A stretch of DNA of 64,000 bases from Pseudomonadota bacterium (lineage in GTDB: Bacteria; Pseudomonadota; Gammaproteobacteria; Arenicellales; UBA868), in contig JABJIU010000001.1 of NCBI GenBank assembly GCA_018661145.1, forward strand, positions 2,176-66,175, read 5' to 3'. The notes below the pieces were generated by a model. It did not search any database. It saw nothing but the letters and a program-made list of their open reading frames with translations, and was not told the DNA's origin. Shown in pieces: positions 10,281 through 19,659 of the stretch. Each line of letters opens with the position of its first letter. Position 1 is the stretch's first letter. The position numbers and the translations under genes are program-made.

Positions 10281-10493
10281 ACCCCGGGAAACTGGTAGGG
10301 CGAGAGAGTCTCTCGTTTGACACAACTCAAGAAGTCTTCATGTGTGACGCATTAGCATGACGACGCCATTGCAGGAGGAAAAGTGCAGGTAGCAGCGAGC
10401 AAGTTCCAGAGTTCCAGTAAAGAGTCGGCGATTGGGCCCTCGCACTCGCCAGTCGCGCCCCGCGCGCCCGCAAGTGTTTGTAACCTTGAGCGG

Positions 10494-12122
10494 ATGGGTG
10501 CTGCGTTTCCAACGCGCCTCAGTTTCATGCGTATCCTGCTGCGGCGTATGTCGACTGAAGGCTGGGAACTGGGGTGTGGACACTTCGACCTGGATGATGA
10601 GGGGTTTGGCACTGCGGTTTATACCGCGCGACTTCCGCAGCGCGCCTATTCACTGATTGCGTTTGCCAATCCGTTGGCGGACGAGGATAGAACGGACCGC
10701 GTTATCGCGTCTGCTTGGGATGCGGCGTTTGTGCTCTTTGATGGGATTCCCTCCGCCGTGGATATAGATCGACTTCGATCCCAGGTACCGCTCCAGGAGG
10801 CAGGGCGGTTTGAGCCCACCGACCTTGTGATTTCTCGCGCCAATCGCAGTCTTCGACTCTTTGAGTATGTTTGTGATTGTCTTAGCCGCGGCGAACAGCC
10901 CGAAGCAGGCCGACTTAATGATGTCGGTTATCTGATGCGCACGACTGCGGTGTATGGCAATGGCAAGTTCGGAATCAGTGACCGTTCGCGTATAGCCTCC
11001 CGACGGGAGACAAAGAATTCGTTTCAGGCCGAGATGCTGACCGTTTTTCTGATTCGCCAGTTCACCTTCGACCAGCTAGAACATATGGCATCGCGAAGAG
11101 CCCCTGATCGCTCAGTCGCGTTGGACGCGCGCTTGAAGCGTTCTTTGGGTATTGGCAACGCGACGGGGCTTGGTATGGCGCCTTTCGTCGTGAGTCACCC
11201 GGAACTTCTGAATCATTGGTTTGTCGCGCGCGAGACCGCGATTGCGCGCGTCCGATCGATGTCGGATATTGCGCCGAAGGATATTGACCGTGCGGTTGCG
11301 CTGCAGGCCCGCGCCTGCCAGCACGTAAGTGAGTGGCGAACGGCGGATGAGGATTACCAGCAGCGTAATCAGCGACTCCTCCAGGACCTTGCGGCACTAA
11401 GAGTCTGGCTGGAGCAGGCGAATCAGGAGCAGCCCGCTGGACGGCTATGGGATTCGCTCTTTCGCTTTGGTGAGAAGACATTTGGCGTGGACGGGCAGGA
11501 GTTGCTAGGCGCTCTCCTGATGGAGATCTATCCGGAGGTGGCGCAGGGACTCGATGGGATGTTCCACGCGCAGGAAGTGCGAAACATCCGAATCACGGCT
11601 ACTGTTGGAGAGGCACTGGAGCAGTTGAATCTGCAGTATGGATGGACAGACCGTTTTGACTTCTCGCTGGCTTCTGAGAACGCCCATTTCTGGTATGTTT
11701 CAGAAAACAAACTCGAACCGCGGTTCGGTCGAAGGCTTGAAGAACCTGGAGCGGATCGGGAGATGCCGGTGGCAATTGCACGGGACATGGCAGCTTTTCG
11801 CCAGACGTTATCGGAATCAGATTCCCAGCAGAGCTTGATGGCCTTCCTACATCAGCATCCCGAGTTCCGTCATCTCGCCCGTCGCGCCCAGGCGCTCGAA
11901 GATCATCCGTACGGCGAGATTCAGGATAACCTGATCTCTGACAACTGTTCACCGCTCAATATCTTGCGCTTTAAATTGGCTTGTTTCGGCGCGGCGAAGT
12001 TCGATCCGAAATCATCTTTGTGGACGCGGATCACCATGTTTCAGGGTGCACCGCTAATGAGCGAACTGGGTGAGCCCTCGGCCGATGACTGGTGGCTGTC
12101 GGTCACCCCGCAGAGCGGTTGA
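10494..12122 (+). CDS. Conserved-looking hypothetical protein (about 540 aa), function unknown
   Basis: Long uninterrupted ORF with codon usage like its neighbours. ATG at 10494 is preferred over GTG at 10383. I recognise no motif. Confidence 0.5.
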   Translation: MGAAFPTRLSFMRILLRRMSTEGWELGCGHFDLDDEGFGTAVYTARLPQRAYSLIAFANPLADEDRTDRVIASAWDAAFVLFDGIPSAVDIDRLRSQVPLQEAGRFEPTDLVISRANRSLRLFEYVCDCLSRGEQPEAGRLNDVGYLMRTTAVYGNGKFGISDRSRIASRRETKNSFQAEMLTVFLIRQFTFDQLEHMASRRAPDRSVALDARLKRSLGIGNATGLGMAPFVVSHPELLNHWFVARETAIARVRSMSDIAPKDIDRAVALQARACQHVSEWRTADEDYQQRNQRLLQDLAALRVWLEQANQEQPAGRLWDSLFRFGEKTFGVDGQELLGALLMEIYPEVAQGLDGMFHAQEVRNIRITATVGEALEQLNLQYGWTDRFDFSLASENAHFWYVSENKLEPRFGRRLEEPGADREMPVAIARDMAAFRQTLSESDSQQSLMAFLHQHPEFRHLARRAQALEDHPYGEIQDNLISDNCSPLNILRFKLACFGAAKFDPKSSLWTRITMFQGAPLMSELGEPSADDWWLSVTPQSG

Positions 12123-12850
12123 TGCGGCAGTCCTCTACGGAGTTCGGTCAACTCTTATTTAAAGCCGGCCGTGGTGTCGGGCTTCCCTTGGGCCTTGCGG
12201 AGGATCTGGTGGCGCCGATCTTCTGGCTTCAGGTCTGCGGTTTTCCAGGAGACGTCGAGGCGGTCAATGCGCTCACCGCGCTGGATGAGGGTCGAGCGGC
12301 GCATGAATTTCCTAATCTTGCTGCGCTGTCTAAAGACGTCGACTACGAGGGCGGTAGATTATCCGGCATCTATCTTGCGGCCGTGGTCTGCGATTCACTG
12401 CAGTTGGGCTGGCCGCGCCAGGATAAAGAAATCCATTTCTCCAATGTCGACAGCCCGCTGGTTTTTGCGGCAGCGCTTCTCCTTGCTCATCGTAGGCTCA
12501 AAACGGAACTGGGCCTGAGTATCGAAACTGAGGCTTATGTTTTTTCGAATACATCGAGCGGCAAAGTCGTTTGTGTGCATAAAGAACGCGCAGATGAAAG
12601 CGTGGACAGCGAGGGAGCGACGGAGGTTCGGCTGAGGTCGTCTAAGGGGATGGTCGATTGCGCACGCGGCACTCTGCTTCTTGATGGCGCCAGGGAGGCG
12701 CAACTTCATCAGATTTGTGAGGCCGAGGGCCTTTGCGCCAATCCAGATAGCATTCGCGGACTTAAAACCTTGGCGGACCGATTACTCGTTCCTGAGTCGG
12801 AGCGTTCCCTAAAATTTGGCGCCGGTGCGGGGATCGTTGACTCTGACTGA
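12122..12850 (+). CDS. Hypothetical protein (DUF3726-like N-terminus), translationally coupled to upstream ORF
   Basis: ATG at 12122 shares a base with the upstream TGA (TGATG). The N-terminus FKAGRGVGLPLGLAEDLVAPIFWLQVCGFPG recalls DUF3726 / Ldh_2-type N-termini. Confidence 0.45.
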   Translation: MRQSSTEFGQLLFKAGRGVGLPLGLAEDLVAPIFWLQVCGFPGDVEAVNALTALDEGRAAHEFPNLAALSKDVDYEGGRLSGIYLAAVVCDSLQLGWPRQDKEIHFSNVDSPLVFAAALLLAHRRLKTELGLSIETEAYVFSNTSSGKVVCVHKERADESVDSEGATEVRLRSSKGMVDCARGTLLLDGAREAQLHQICEAEGLCANPDSIRGLKTLADRLLVPESERSLKFGAGAGIVDSD

Positions 12851-12872
12851 ACCGAGCACGCGGCGTTGGTGG

Positions 12873-14042
12873 ATGCTCGCGGGGGTGTGGTTCTGTTACA
12901 TGACCTTTGGGCTCAGTATGGCGAGTCTCGCGCCGCTCGTCCGTGAGATTGAATCCGATCTCGCCTTCAGTCATAGCGCGATGGGCACGGTTCTGGGCGC
13001 ATGGCAGTTTGTGTACATATTTGCTGCGATTCCTTGCGGCATTCTGTTGGATCGAATCGGCGCCCGATGGGGGTTAGCGATCGGTGCGCTCATCATTGGA
13101 CTTTCCGGGATCTTCCGAGGCTTTGCCGAGGAATATATTCATCTACTTATCGCGGTAGCCCTTTTCGGGCTCGGTGGCCCGCTGATTTCGGCTGGGGCGC
13201 CCAAGGTTGTCAGCGAACGCTTCGAGGGTAAGGATCGGGGTCTCGCGATGGGGATATACATCACTGGCCCGGGCATCGGCGCCGTCACGGCCCTGTTGTT
13301 GACCCAACCCCTGATTCTGCCTTGGCTCGACGGTAATTGGCGTGTGCTCTTGCAGATATGGGGTGGTGTGAGTCTCGCGGCAGGGCTATTCTGGCTTCTG
13401 GTGGCGAAGGAAAGTCCGCGCACGCCAGATGGCGTCGAAGGCCGGGCCATAATGTCTGGACTGGTTGAGATGTTGCGTATCCCTGCGGTACGCCTCATTT
13501 TGCTCATGAGCGTTGCTGTTTTCTCGATAAATCATGGCATGGGAAATTGGTTAGTCGAGATTCTTCAGAGTTTCGGTGCAGATGTGAGTAGGGCGAGTGC
13601 GCTCGCCACCATACCTGTTGCCGTCGGCATTTTGAGCGCTTTGACGCTGCCCCGAATGGCGGTTGGTTCGAGGCGGTTTTCTGTTCTGATACTCCTTTTT
13701 TCGTGTTCGGTTCTGGCGAGTCTCGCACTCCTCGGCGAACCGGTTGGTATCTGGCTTTATCTTGCGCTGATCGTGGAGGGTATTGCTGCAGGGTCAATGA
13801 TGACCGTACTGGTGTTGACGCTAGTGGAGGTTCCCGGTGTGGGTGACAAGCGGGCAGGGACTGCTGGGGGGTTATTCTTCTCGGCAGCCGAGATCGGAGG
13901 CGTTGGCGGACCCGTGCTCCTGGGAATTCTTTTTCATGCGCAGGGCCGCTTCAGTAGTAGTCTAATGGTCCTCGCACTTCTAGGCGTCCTGCTTGTTGCG
14001 AGCGTCTTTCCTCTTCGACGCCACTTACTTTCAAAAGCCTGA
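12873..14042 (+). CDS. MFS transporter
   Basis: About 12 predicted TM segments with an MFS loop motif (LLDRIGARWG). The start is uncertain. ATG at 12873 is given, with TTG alternatives at 12816 and 12837. Confidence 0.7.
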   Translation: MLAGVWFCYMTFGLSMASLAPLVREIESDLAFSHSAMGTVLGAWQFVYIFAAIPCGILLDRIGARWGLAIGALIIGLSGIFRGFAEEYIHLLIAVALFGLGGPLISAGAPKVVSERFEGKDRGLAMGIYITGPGIGAVTALLLTQPLILPWLDGNWRVLLQIWGGVSLAAGLFWLLVAKESPRTPDGVEGRAIMSGLVEMLRIPAVRLILLMSVAVFSINHGMGNWLVEILQSFGADVSRASALATIPVAVGILSALTLPRMAVGSRRFSVLILLFSCSVLASLALLGEPVGIWLYLALIVEGIAAGSMMTVLVLTLVEVPGVGDKRAGTAGGLFFSAAEIGGVGGPVLLGILFHAQGRFSSSLMVLALLGVLLVASVFPLRRHLLSKA

Positions 14043-14055
14043 GGAATCGAGAAGA

Positions 14056-14093
14056 TAGTGCTCCCTCGGGGAATCGAACTCCGGTTTCCGGCG
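14056..14093 (-). pseudogene. Degenerate copy of the 3' part (acceptor, T-arm, variable region) of tRNA-Glu
   Basis: TAGTGCTCCCTCGGGGAATCGAACTCCGGTTTCCGGCG aligns with TGGCGCTCCCTAGGGGAATCGAACCCCTGTTTCCGGCG at 15166-15203 with 5 mismatches. The 7 nt beyond the tRNA end (gagaaga) are also shared. Confidence 0.7.
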
Positions 14094-14101
14094 AACCAAT
14101 A

Positions 14102-15067
14102 CTACTCAACTAAATGTGCTTGCAAAAAGGCAATCACGAGCTGTTGCACGTCCTCATTATGGAGAAGGCTGTGTTTATATCGTAGCGGCCCTTGATCGTA
14201 GACCACAGATCGACTGCCATTTTCTTTGTTAATAAATTCGGCACAGTCCCCTTTAGTCCAATAATTCTGGAACCACGGATCTCCCTCGGCAACTAGAGTT
14301 AACACCGGCTCAATGGTCGCCCGATTCAGGCCCCGGTATTCAGGCCACCCAGCTTGGCAGGTCCACCCCTCTATAACTCTCGCTCGCAGCGGTTGATCTA
14401 ATTCTGCCGGCAAAGTTGCACTCACGATGGCTCCCTCACTAAAACCCACCAGGAAAATATTGTCCGGATCCACCCAATTCAATTTCCTTGCCTCTTGGAT
14501 AGCGTGTAGGGTATCCAGCTGGCGCATCTTGAGAATGTCTCTATAAAACCCGCCAACTTTCTTTACTGGGTCGCAGGATTTGGGGTACTTATTGCGGGCA
14601 AAACTGGCCGGGGTAATTACCGCAAATCCATTCCGCTTGAACACGTCCATCCTCGCACGTGTGCCGGACCAGATTCCACCGCACCCATGCAGATAGATAA
14701 CCGTCGGCAGGCGTTTAGATTCGGGGGATACTTTGATGGAAGAAAGATCGGTAAGGACGCCCGCGATGACTTGATGTTTATCTGGGAGTGCGATCAGCGC
14801 CCCCTGCCATGTGCGATCCAGTTCTTCAGGATCGGACCAGTCAGCAGGAGTCATTTCTCCAGTGGCCGTAAATTCCTTAGTGGTGTTGTTAAAATCGTTA
14901 CTGCTAACGGCAGTTGGGAACCAGAGCCCGGTTTGCACTATCAATGCGATTCCACATATTTTCAGGCCGAAGAGAAAATGCAGCGACCAACTTCTGATAA
15001 GGCAATCGGAACCCGGTGGGAGATGTCCTCCGGTGAGCCTGTTTGGAGGAATATCTGGTTCTGCCAT
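14102..15067 (-). CDS. Membrane-anchored alpha/beta hydrolase (dienelactone hydrolase-like)
   Basis: N-terminal TM segment, IYLHGCGG oxyanion region and nucleophile elbow GFSEG. Confidence 0.6.
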   Translation of the reverse strand: MAEPDIPPNRLTGGHLPPGSDCLIRSWSLHFLFGLKICGIALIVQTGLWFPTAVSSNDFNNTTKEFTATGEMTPADWSDPEELDRTWQGALIALPDKHQVIAGVLTDLSSIKVSPESKRLPTVIYLHGCGGIWSGTRARMDVFKRNGFAVITPASFARNKYPKSCDPVKKVGGFYRDILKMRQLDTLHAIQEARKLNWVDPDNIFLVGFSEGAIVSATLPAELDQPLRARVIEGWTCQAGWPEYRGLNRATIEPVLTLVAEGDPWFQNYWTKGDCAEFINKENGSRSVVYDQGPLRYKHSLLHNEDVQQLVIAFLQAHLVE

Positions 15068-15165
15068 AAATCTGAACCCACTAGCAGGTTGCCCCTAGTT
15101 TATTAGATAAAAATTAGGTCAATCGATTCACTAGAAAACGAATCGATCCTAAGTCATTGAGAAGA

Positions 15166-15240
15166 TGGCGCTCCCTAGGGGAATCGAACCCCTGTTTCCG
15201 GCGTGAGAGGCCAGCGTCCTAACCGCTAGACGAAGGGAGC
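15166..15240 (-). tRNA. tRNA-Glu (anticodon CUC)
   Basis: The reverse complement folds as a cloverleaf. It reads GCTCCCT TC GTCT AGCGGTTA GGAC G CTGGC CTCTCAC GCCGG AAAC AGGGG TTCGATT CCCCT AGGGAGC G CCA, parallel to E. coli tRNA-Glu. CCA is encoded. Confidence 0.9.
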
Positions 15241-15577
15241 GTGGTGCTTAGGGCGTGAATATATCTTATTGAGGGGCCTCGCGTGCCTGCGTCGCACATC
15301 AGATTGGCATAAGCGTCCGAATCAACCGTTAGATAGTTTTTGGTTGAGCAACCGCGTAACTATATCTTCCACTAGTCGACTGACATTGTTAAGCGCAGCG
15401 TAGGCTGGCTCTGCTGTTTTCAGTCCAATATTAGTGAATGTTCTAGTAAGTATCAGCCTGCCAAGTTCCCTTAGGAAAAAATATAGCGGGACTGTTGACG
15501 GTAGTGACCCCGTGTCGACTGATAATGTTCCCCATAGGTGAGATGCTAAGATATAGTCGCTTTTCTGCTACTACGCT

Positions 15578-16996
15578 GTGCGCCTGGCGGTTTGTTCACC
15601 ACGATCCTGCGGCCGGCATCCAAGACTTCTGATCAAGAAATTTCTGAAATCCTTAATTCCGACCGGCCGTCCTAATAGGGATCAGCCGACTGCCCCGCGT
15701 GTTCTCAGTGCCGAGGAGCACGGACTGCAGGTATCTAGCGTCAGCAAAGGTGCCCGCAAGGTGGCTGACACACTCACCGACGCGGGGTTTTCCGCAGAAC
15801 TGGTAGGCGGATGCGTTCGTGACCTGCTGTTGGGCGAGCGGCCAAAAGATTTTGATGTCGTTACGAGTGCTTCACCGGAAGAGGTCCGCCAAGTGTTTCC
15901 CCGATCCCGGATGGTGGGGCGGCGTTTTCGAATCGTTCATGTGCGGATGGGCCGAGAGATGATCGAGGTTTCGACATACCGCGCGGGGCGCGACGGTGAC
16001 TCGAAGATCGGGGATGACGCGAGGAGTCGTTCCGGCCGGATTCTCCGGGATAACGTATTCGGGACCCGAGAACAGGATGTGTTCCGGCGTGACTTCACTG
16101 CCAATGCCCTGTACTACGACATTGGATCCAACTCTTTGATCGACTATGTCGATGGTTTTTCGGATATCAAATCCCGCCGGCTGCGATTCATTGGTGATCC
16201 GTCGACGCGAATAAACGAAGATCCTGTCCGGATGCTGCGGGCGGTCCGGTTCAAGGCGAAGCTGGATATGGAGCTCGATCCGGATCTTGAAGCCCTTTGC
16301 CGGGATCAGGCATATCTTTTGCGTCAAGTTCCGCCAGCGCGATTATTCGATGAAGTGCTGAAACTCTTCCATAGCGGGCACGGCGTTACGACTTTCCGAC
16401 TTTTGCGTGAATTTGGTCTCTTCGCCGAACTCTTCCCGGAAGCAGAGCGGTCCTACGGAGAGAGCGACCTGAATCCTGAACGTGGTTTGGTTCTGCAGGG
16501 GCTTGAAAACACCGACAGGCGAATCACAAACCGCAAGCCGGTTATCGCGGCCTTTCTGTTTTCCTGCATATTCTGGAGAGTCGTCCGTTCTCAATGTGAT
16601 CGGCAGGAGGGAAAGCGGAAGAACAACCCGCAAGTGCTTCAGCGCATAGCGCTGGAAGTGCTCGGCCGGGAAAACCAGAGGGTAATGATTCCAAGGCGCG
16701 TCAGTACGGTGGTAGTGGAGATCTGGGATCTGCAGAGCCGCCTGGAGTCGCGGCGTCCGCGAACGATTCAGCGTTTGTTGGAGAATCGACGATTTCGTGC
16801 CGCCTATGACTTTTTGCTGTTGCGTTCCACTGCTGGAGAGGTGTCTTCGCACCTTGGCCAGTGGTGGACCGAGATCCAGGAATGCGATGAAGCTCAGCGT
16901 CAGGCGATGATCAAAGGATTAGATGGGCCCAGCGCTCCAGGGAAACGGCGCCGGCGTCCACGCCGAGCTCGATCTGGCAATGGGAATGTGGGATGA
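15578..16996 (+). CDS. pcnB: Poly(A) polymerase I
   Basis: GGCVRDLLLGERPKDFDVVTSASPEEVRQVF nucleotidyltransferase head and basic C-terminal tail. pcnB-folK synteny supports it. The true start is uncertain and may be non-ATG, as in E. coli. Confidence 0.85.
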   Translation: MRLAVCSPRSCGRHPRLLIKKFLKSLIPTGRPNRDQPTAPRVLSAEEHGLQVSSVSKGARKVADTLTDAGFSAELVGGCVRDLLLGERPKDFDVVTSASPEEVRQVFPRSRMVGRRFRIVHVRMGREMIEVSTYRAGRDGDSKIGDDARSRSGRILRDNVFGTREQDVFRRDFTANALYYDIGSNSLIDYVDGFSDIKSRRLRFIGDPSTRINEDPVRMLRAVRFKAKLDMELDPDLEALCRDQAYLLRQVPPARLFDEVLKLFHSGHGVTTFRLLREFGLFAELFPEAERSYGESDLNPERGLVLQGLENTDRRITNRKPVIAAFLFSCIFWRVVRSQCDRQEGKRKNNPQVLQRIALEVLGRENQRVMIPRRVSTVVVEIWDLQSRLESRRPRTIQRLLENRRFRAAYDFLLLRSTAGEVSSHLGQWWTEIQECDEAQRQAMIKGLDGPSAPGKRRRRPRRARSGNGNVG

Positions 16997-17511
16997 GCGC
17001 AGGTTCGACCTCTGTCCGGGCCTGGATCGGGCTTGGAGGAAATCTAGATGATCCCAAGTCTGCTATTCGTGATGCGCTCACTCGCCTGAATCAAGAGGCG
17101 GATGTTGAGGTGGAGGCGGTTTCCTCGCTCTATCGCACAGCAGCCGTGGGGGTCACAGATCAACCCGATTTTCTGAATGCAGTGGCACGCCTGGTGACCA
17201 AGCGTGATCCGGAAGGTCTATTACAAACGCTGCTCGGTATCGAAACCGCCCTTGGGCGGGTTCGATCCGGAGTGCAGTTTGGGCCCAGAAACATCGATCT
17301 TGATCTCTTGCTTTATGGTGAGATGGAAATGGCGACAAGGAGCCTGACGGTACCGCACCCCAGGATGCATCTTCGCCGCTTCGTACTCGAACCGCTATAC
17401 GAGATCGACGGAGATTTGACCTTGCCTGGCGGCCGGCGGGTGTCGTATCTCTTGGAGCAATCCCGGGACCAGGGCGTAGCGCATGCAGGTTCGATCGAAG
17501 TCCCGCGTTGA
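16993..17511 (+). CDS. folK: 2-amino-4-hydroxy-6-hydroxymethyldihydropteridine pyrophosphokinase (HPPK)
   Basis: ATGA overlap with the pcnB stop. Motifs SSLYRTAAVG, GPRNIDLDLLLYG and VPHPRMHLRRFVLEPL are present. Confidence 0.85.
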   Translation: MSAGSTSVRAWIGLGGNLDDPKSAIRDALTRLNQEADVEVEAVSSLYRTAAVGVTDQPDFLNAVARLVTKRDPEGLLQTLLGIETALGRVRSGVQFGPRNIDLDLLLYGEMEMATRSLTVPHPRMHLRRFVLEPLYEIDGDLTLPGGRRVSYLLEQSRDQGVAHAGSIEVPR

Positions 17512-17629
17512 GTTCGGGATAAACGTTCAGGTGACGGGGCGGATCAGGTAAAATTATGCCTGTATCTTCCCATTGGCGGTGCCCGCCAGGACCCCCGCTA
17601 CATGACCTCTGTGCTGTCTGAATCTTTCC

Positions 17630-18844
17630 ATGTCGATTGAGCCCGAATCCCGGAGGATTCTCTCCGGCATGCGGCCGACGGGCCGCCTCCATCTGGGCCA
17701 CTACCACGGGGTCCTGAAAAACTGGGTCCGCCTCCAGGAAGAAACCGAGTGTTTCTTTTTCGTTGCTGACTGGCACGCGCTAACGACTCATTACGAGGAA
17801 CCAACGTCGATGGATGCCCACGTCTGGGACATGCTTGTCGACTGGTTAGCGTCTGGTATTGACCCAGACCAGGCGACGCTCTTTATACAGTCGCGCGTCC
17901 CTCAGCACGCAGAACTGCATCTTTTGCTTTCGATGATTACCCCACTGGGCTGGCTGCTCAGGGTGCCGAGTTTCAAGGATCAGCAGCAGCAACTGAAAGA
18001 TCGCGATCTCGCCACATACGGCTTTTTGGGATATCCGTTACTGCAGAGCGCGGATATCCTGATGTACCGAGCCACCGGCGTCCCTGTCGGCGAGGATCAG
18101 GTTCCACACGTTGAACTGACCCGGGAGATTGCTCGCAGATTCAACCATGTGTTCGGGCGCGACAGTGCTTTTGAAGAAAAAGCTCAGGAGGCGCTTTCAC
18201 GCCTCGGCAAGAAAGTGACCAAAGCCTTCTCAAGGGCTCGTAATGAGTGGCTTCAGGAAGGTAGCGTAGAGGCTCGGGAGAGCGCCCTTGCCACGATTAC
18301 AGGATCGGCCAATATCTCGGCAGAGGATCGTGAGCGATTGAGTGGATTTCTCGATGGGGGGGGTCGGGTAATTCTTCCTGAACCGGAGGCGCTGCTGACA
18401 CCGGCAGCGAAGATGCCGGGGCTGGACGGACAAAAGATGTCCAAATCCTATAACAACACCATCCAGATGCGTGACGAACCCGAACGTGTGAGTACCCGGC
18501 TGATGTCGATGCCGACAGACCCGGCTCGACAGCGGCGCAATGATCCTGGTGATCCAGAGAAGTGCCCTGTTTGGGATCTGCATCGGGTGTATACCTCGAA
18601 GGAAAAACGCGACGAACTCGCGGAAGGATGCAAAAGTGCCGGTATCGGGTGTGTTGACTGCAAGAAGCCCTTGCTTGAGTCGCTGCTGGAAGAGCAGGCA
18701 TTACTTCGCGATCGAGCGGCGCCTTTTGAAAGAAATCCTGGAACGATGCGGGAGGTGATCGAGGTTGGGTGTGCCCGGGCGCGTGAGGTAGCCGAGGAAA
18801 CACTGGAGGAAGTACGAACCGCTGTGGGGACGCTTTACACATGA
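17630..18844 (+). CDS. trpS: Tryptophan--tRNA ligase, long form with C-terminal Cys4 motif
   Basis: HIGH-type GRLHLGHYHG, KMSKS present, and a C-x21-C-x6-C-x2-C motif near the C-terminus. Confidence 0.85.
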   Translation: MSIEPESRRILSGMRPTGRLHLGHYHGVLKNWVRLQEETECFFFVADWHALTTHYEEPTSMDAHVWDMLVDWLASGIDPDQATLFIQSRVPQHAELHLLLSMITPLGWLLRVPSFKDQQQQLKDRDLATYGFLGYPLLQSADILMYRATGVPVGEDQVPHVELTREIARRFNHVFGRDSAFEEKAQEALSRLGKKVTKAFSRARNEWLQEGSVEARESALATITGSANISAEDRERLSGFLDGGGRVILPEPEALLTPAAKMPGLDGQKMSKSYNNTIQMRDEPERVSTRLMSMPTDPARQRRNDPGDPEKCPVWDLHRVYTSKEKRDELAEGCKSAGIGCVDCKKPLLESLLEEQALLRDRAAPFERNPGTMREVIEVGCARAREVAEETLEEVRTAVGTLYT

Positions 18845-19659
18845 GTGACGATACGGGGCAGCTTTCGGATAACGACCGCTCTGAGGGCGGCACGAGGGCG
18901 GTCGTTGCTGGGAAAACACTCGAGCAGTGGCCCGCCGACCTTTACATTCCCCCCGAGGCGCTTGAGGTGGTGCTCGACAGTTTTGAAGGACCCTTGGATC
19001 TGCTGCTCTATCTGATCCGAAAGCAGAACATTGACATCCTGAATCTACCGGTCGCGGATATCACTCGTCAGTACATGCACTATATTGATCTGATGCAGCG
19101 CATGCGCCTTGATCTGGCGGCGGACTATCTGGTGATGGCAACCATGCTTGCAGAAATCAAATCGCGGATGTTGCTGCCACGTCCGGATCCCGAAGATGAT
19201 GACCAAGAGGATCCAAGAGCGGCGTTGATTAAGCGGCTGCAGGAATACGAAAGATTCAAGAGCGCAGCAGAAAATCTGGATAGCCGACCGCGGCTGGAGC
19301 GGGACCTGTATCTTGTTTATGCGCGGGTAGAGGATCCAGATCCGCCCAAGGTAGAAGCCCGGGTGGAGTTGGACGACTTAGTGGCCGCAATGCGTTCTGC
19401 GATGCTTTCTGCTGCGAGACGTCAAAGCCTGCAAATGGTTCCCGAAACCCTTTCGGTCAGGGAGCGGATGTCACAGATTCTTGACCGGGTCCGCAGTGGT
19501 GAGTATGTGGCACTGGGCGACTTTTTTACGAGCGAAGAGGGGAGAAAGGGATTGGTAGTAAGTTTTATTGCAATTCTGGAACTGGTCAGGGACGGTATTT
19601 TGACCGTGGCACAGAACGAAGCGTTTTCCCAGATACACGTTAAGGCGAAATCGGCATGA
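18841..19659 (+). CDS. scpA: Segregation and condensation protein A (kleisin)
   Basis: FEGPLDLLLYLIRKQNIDILNLPVADIT motif. The start overlaps the trpS stop. Confidence 0.8.
   Translation: MSDDTGQLSDNDRSEGGTRAVVAGKTLEQWPADLYIPPEALEVVLDSFEGPLDLLLYLIRKQNIDILNLPVADITRQYMHYIDLMQRMRLDLAADYLVMATMLAEIKSRMLLPRPDPEDDDQEDPRAALIKRLQEYERFKSAAENLDSRPRLERDLYLVYARVEDPDPPKVEARVELDDLVAAMRSAMLSAARRQSLQMVPETLSVRERMSQILDRVRSGEYVALGDFFTSEEGRKGLVVSFIAILELVRDGILTVAQNEAFSQIHVKAKSA

Noticed and set aside
10296-10320. Near-perfect palindrome cgagagaGtctctcg after the M19 dipeptidase gene as a terminator
   Set aside because: The loop would be too small for a stable hairpin beyond 5-6 bp, and only a short TTT follows. 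This is too weak to call.
17153-18893. Long antisense ORFs (17153..17776, 18297..18893) overlapping folK/trpS. Similar cases occur at 3253..3792, 6535..6921, 23801..24424, 33995..34448 and 53746..54405.
   Set aside because: They lie entirely inside well-supported genes on the other strand or frame. Their Arg/Pro/Ser/Gly-rich, low-complexity composition is typical of spurious frames in G+C-rich DNA, and they have no recognisable motifs.
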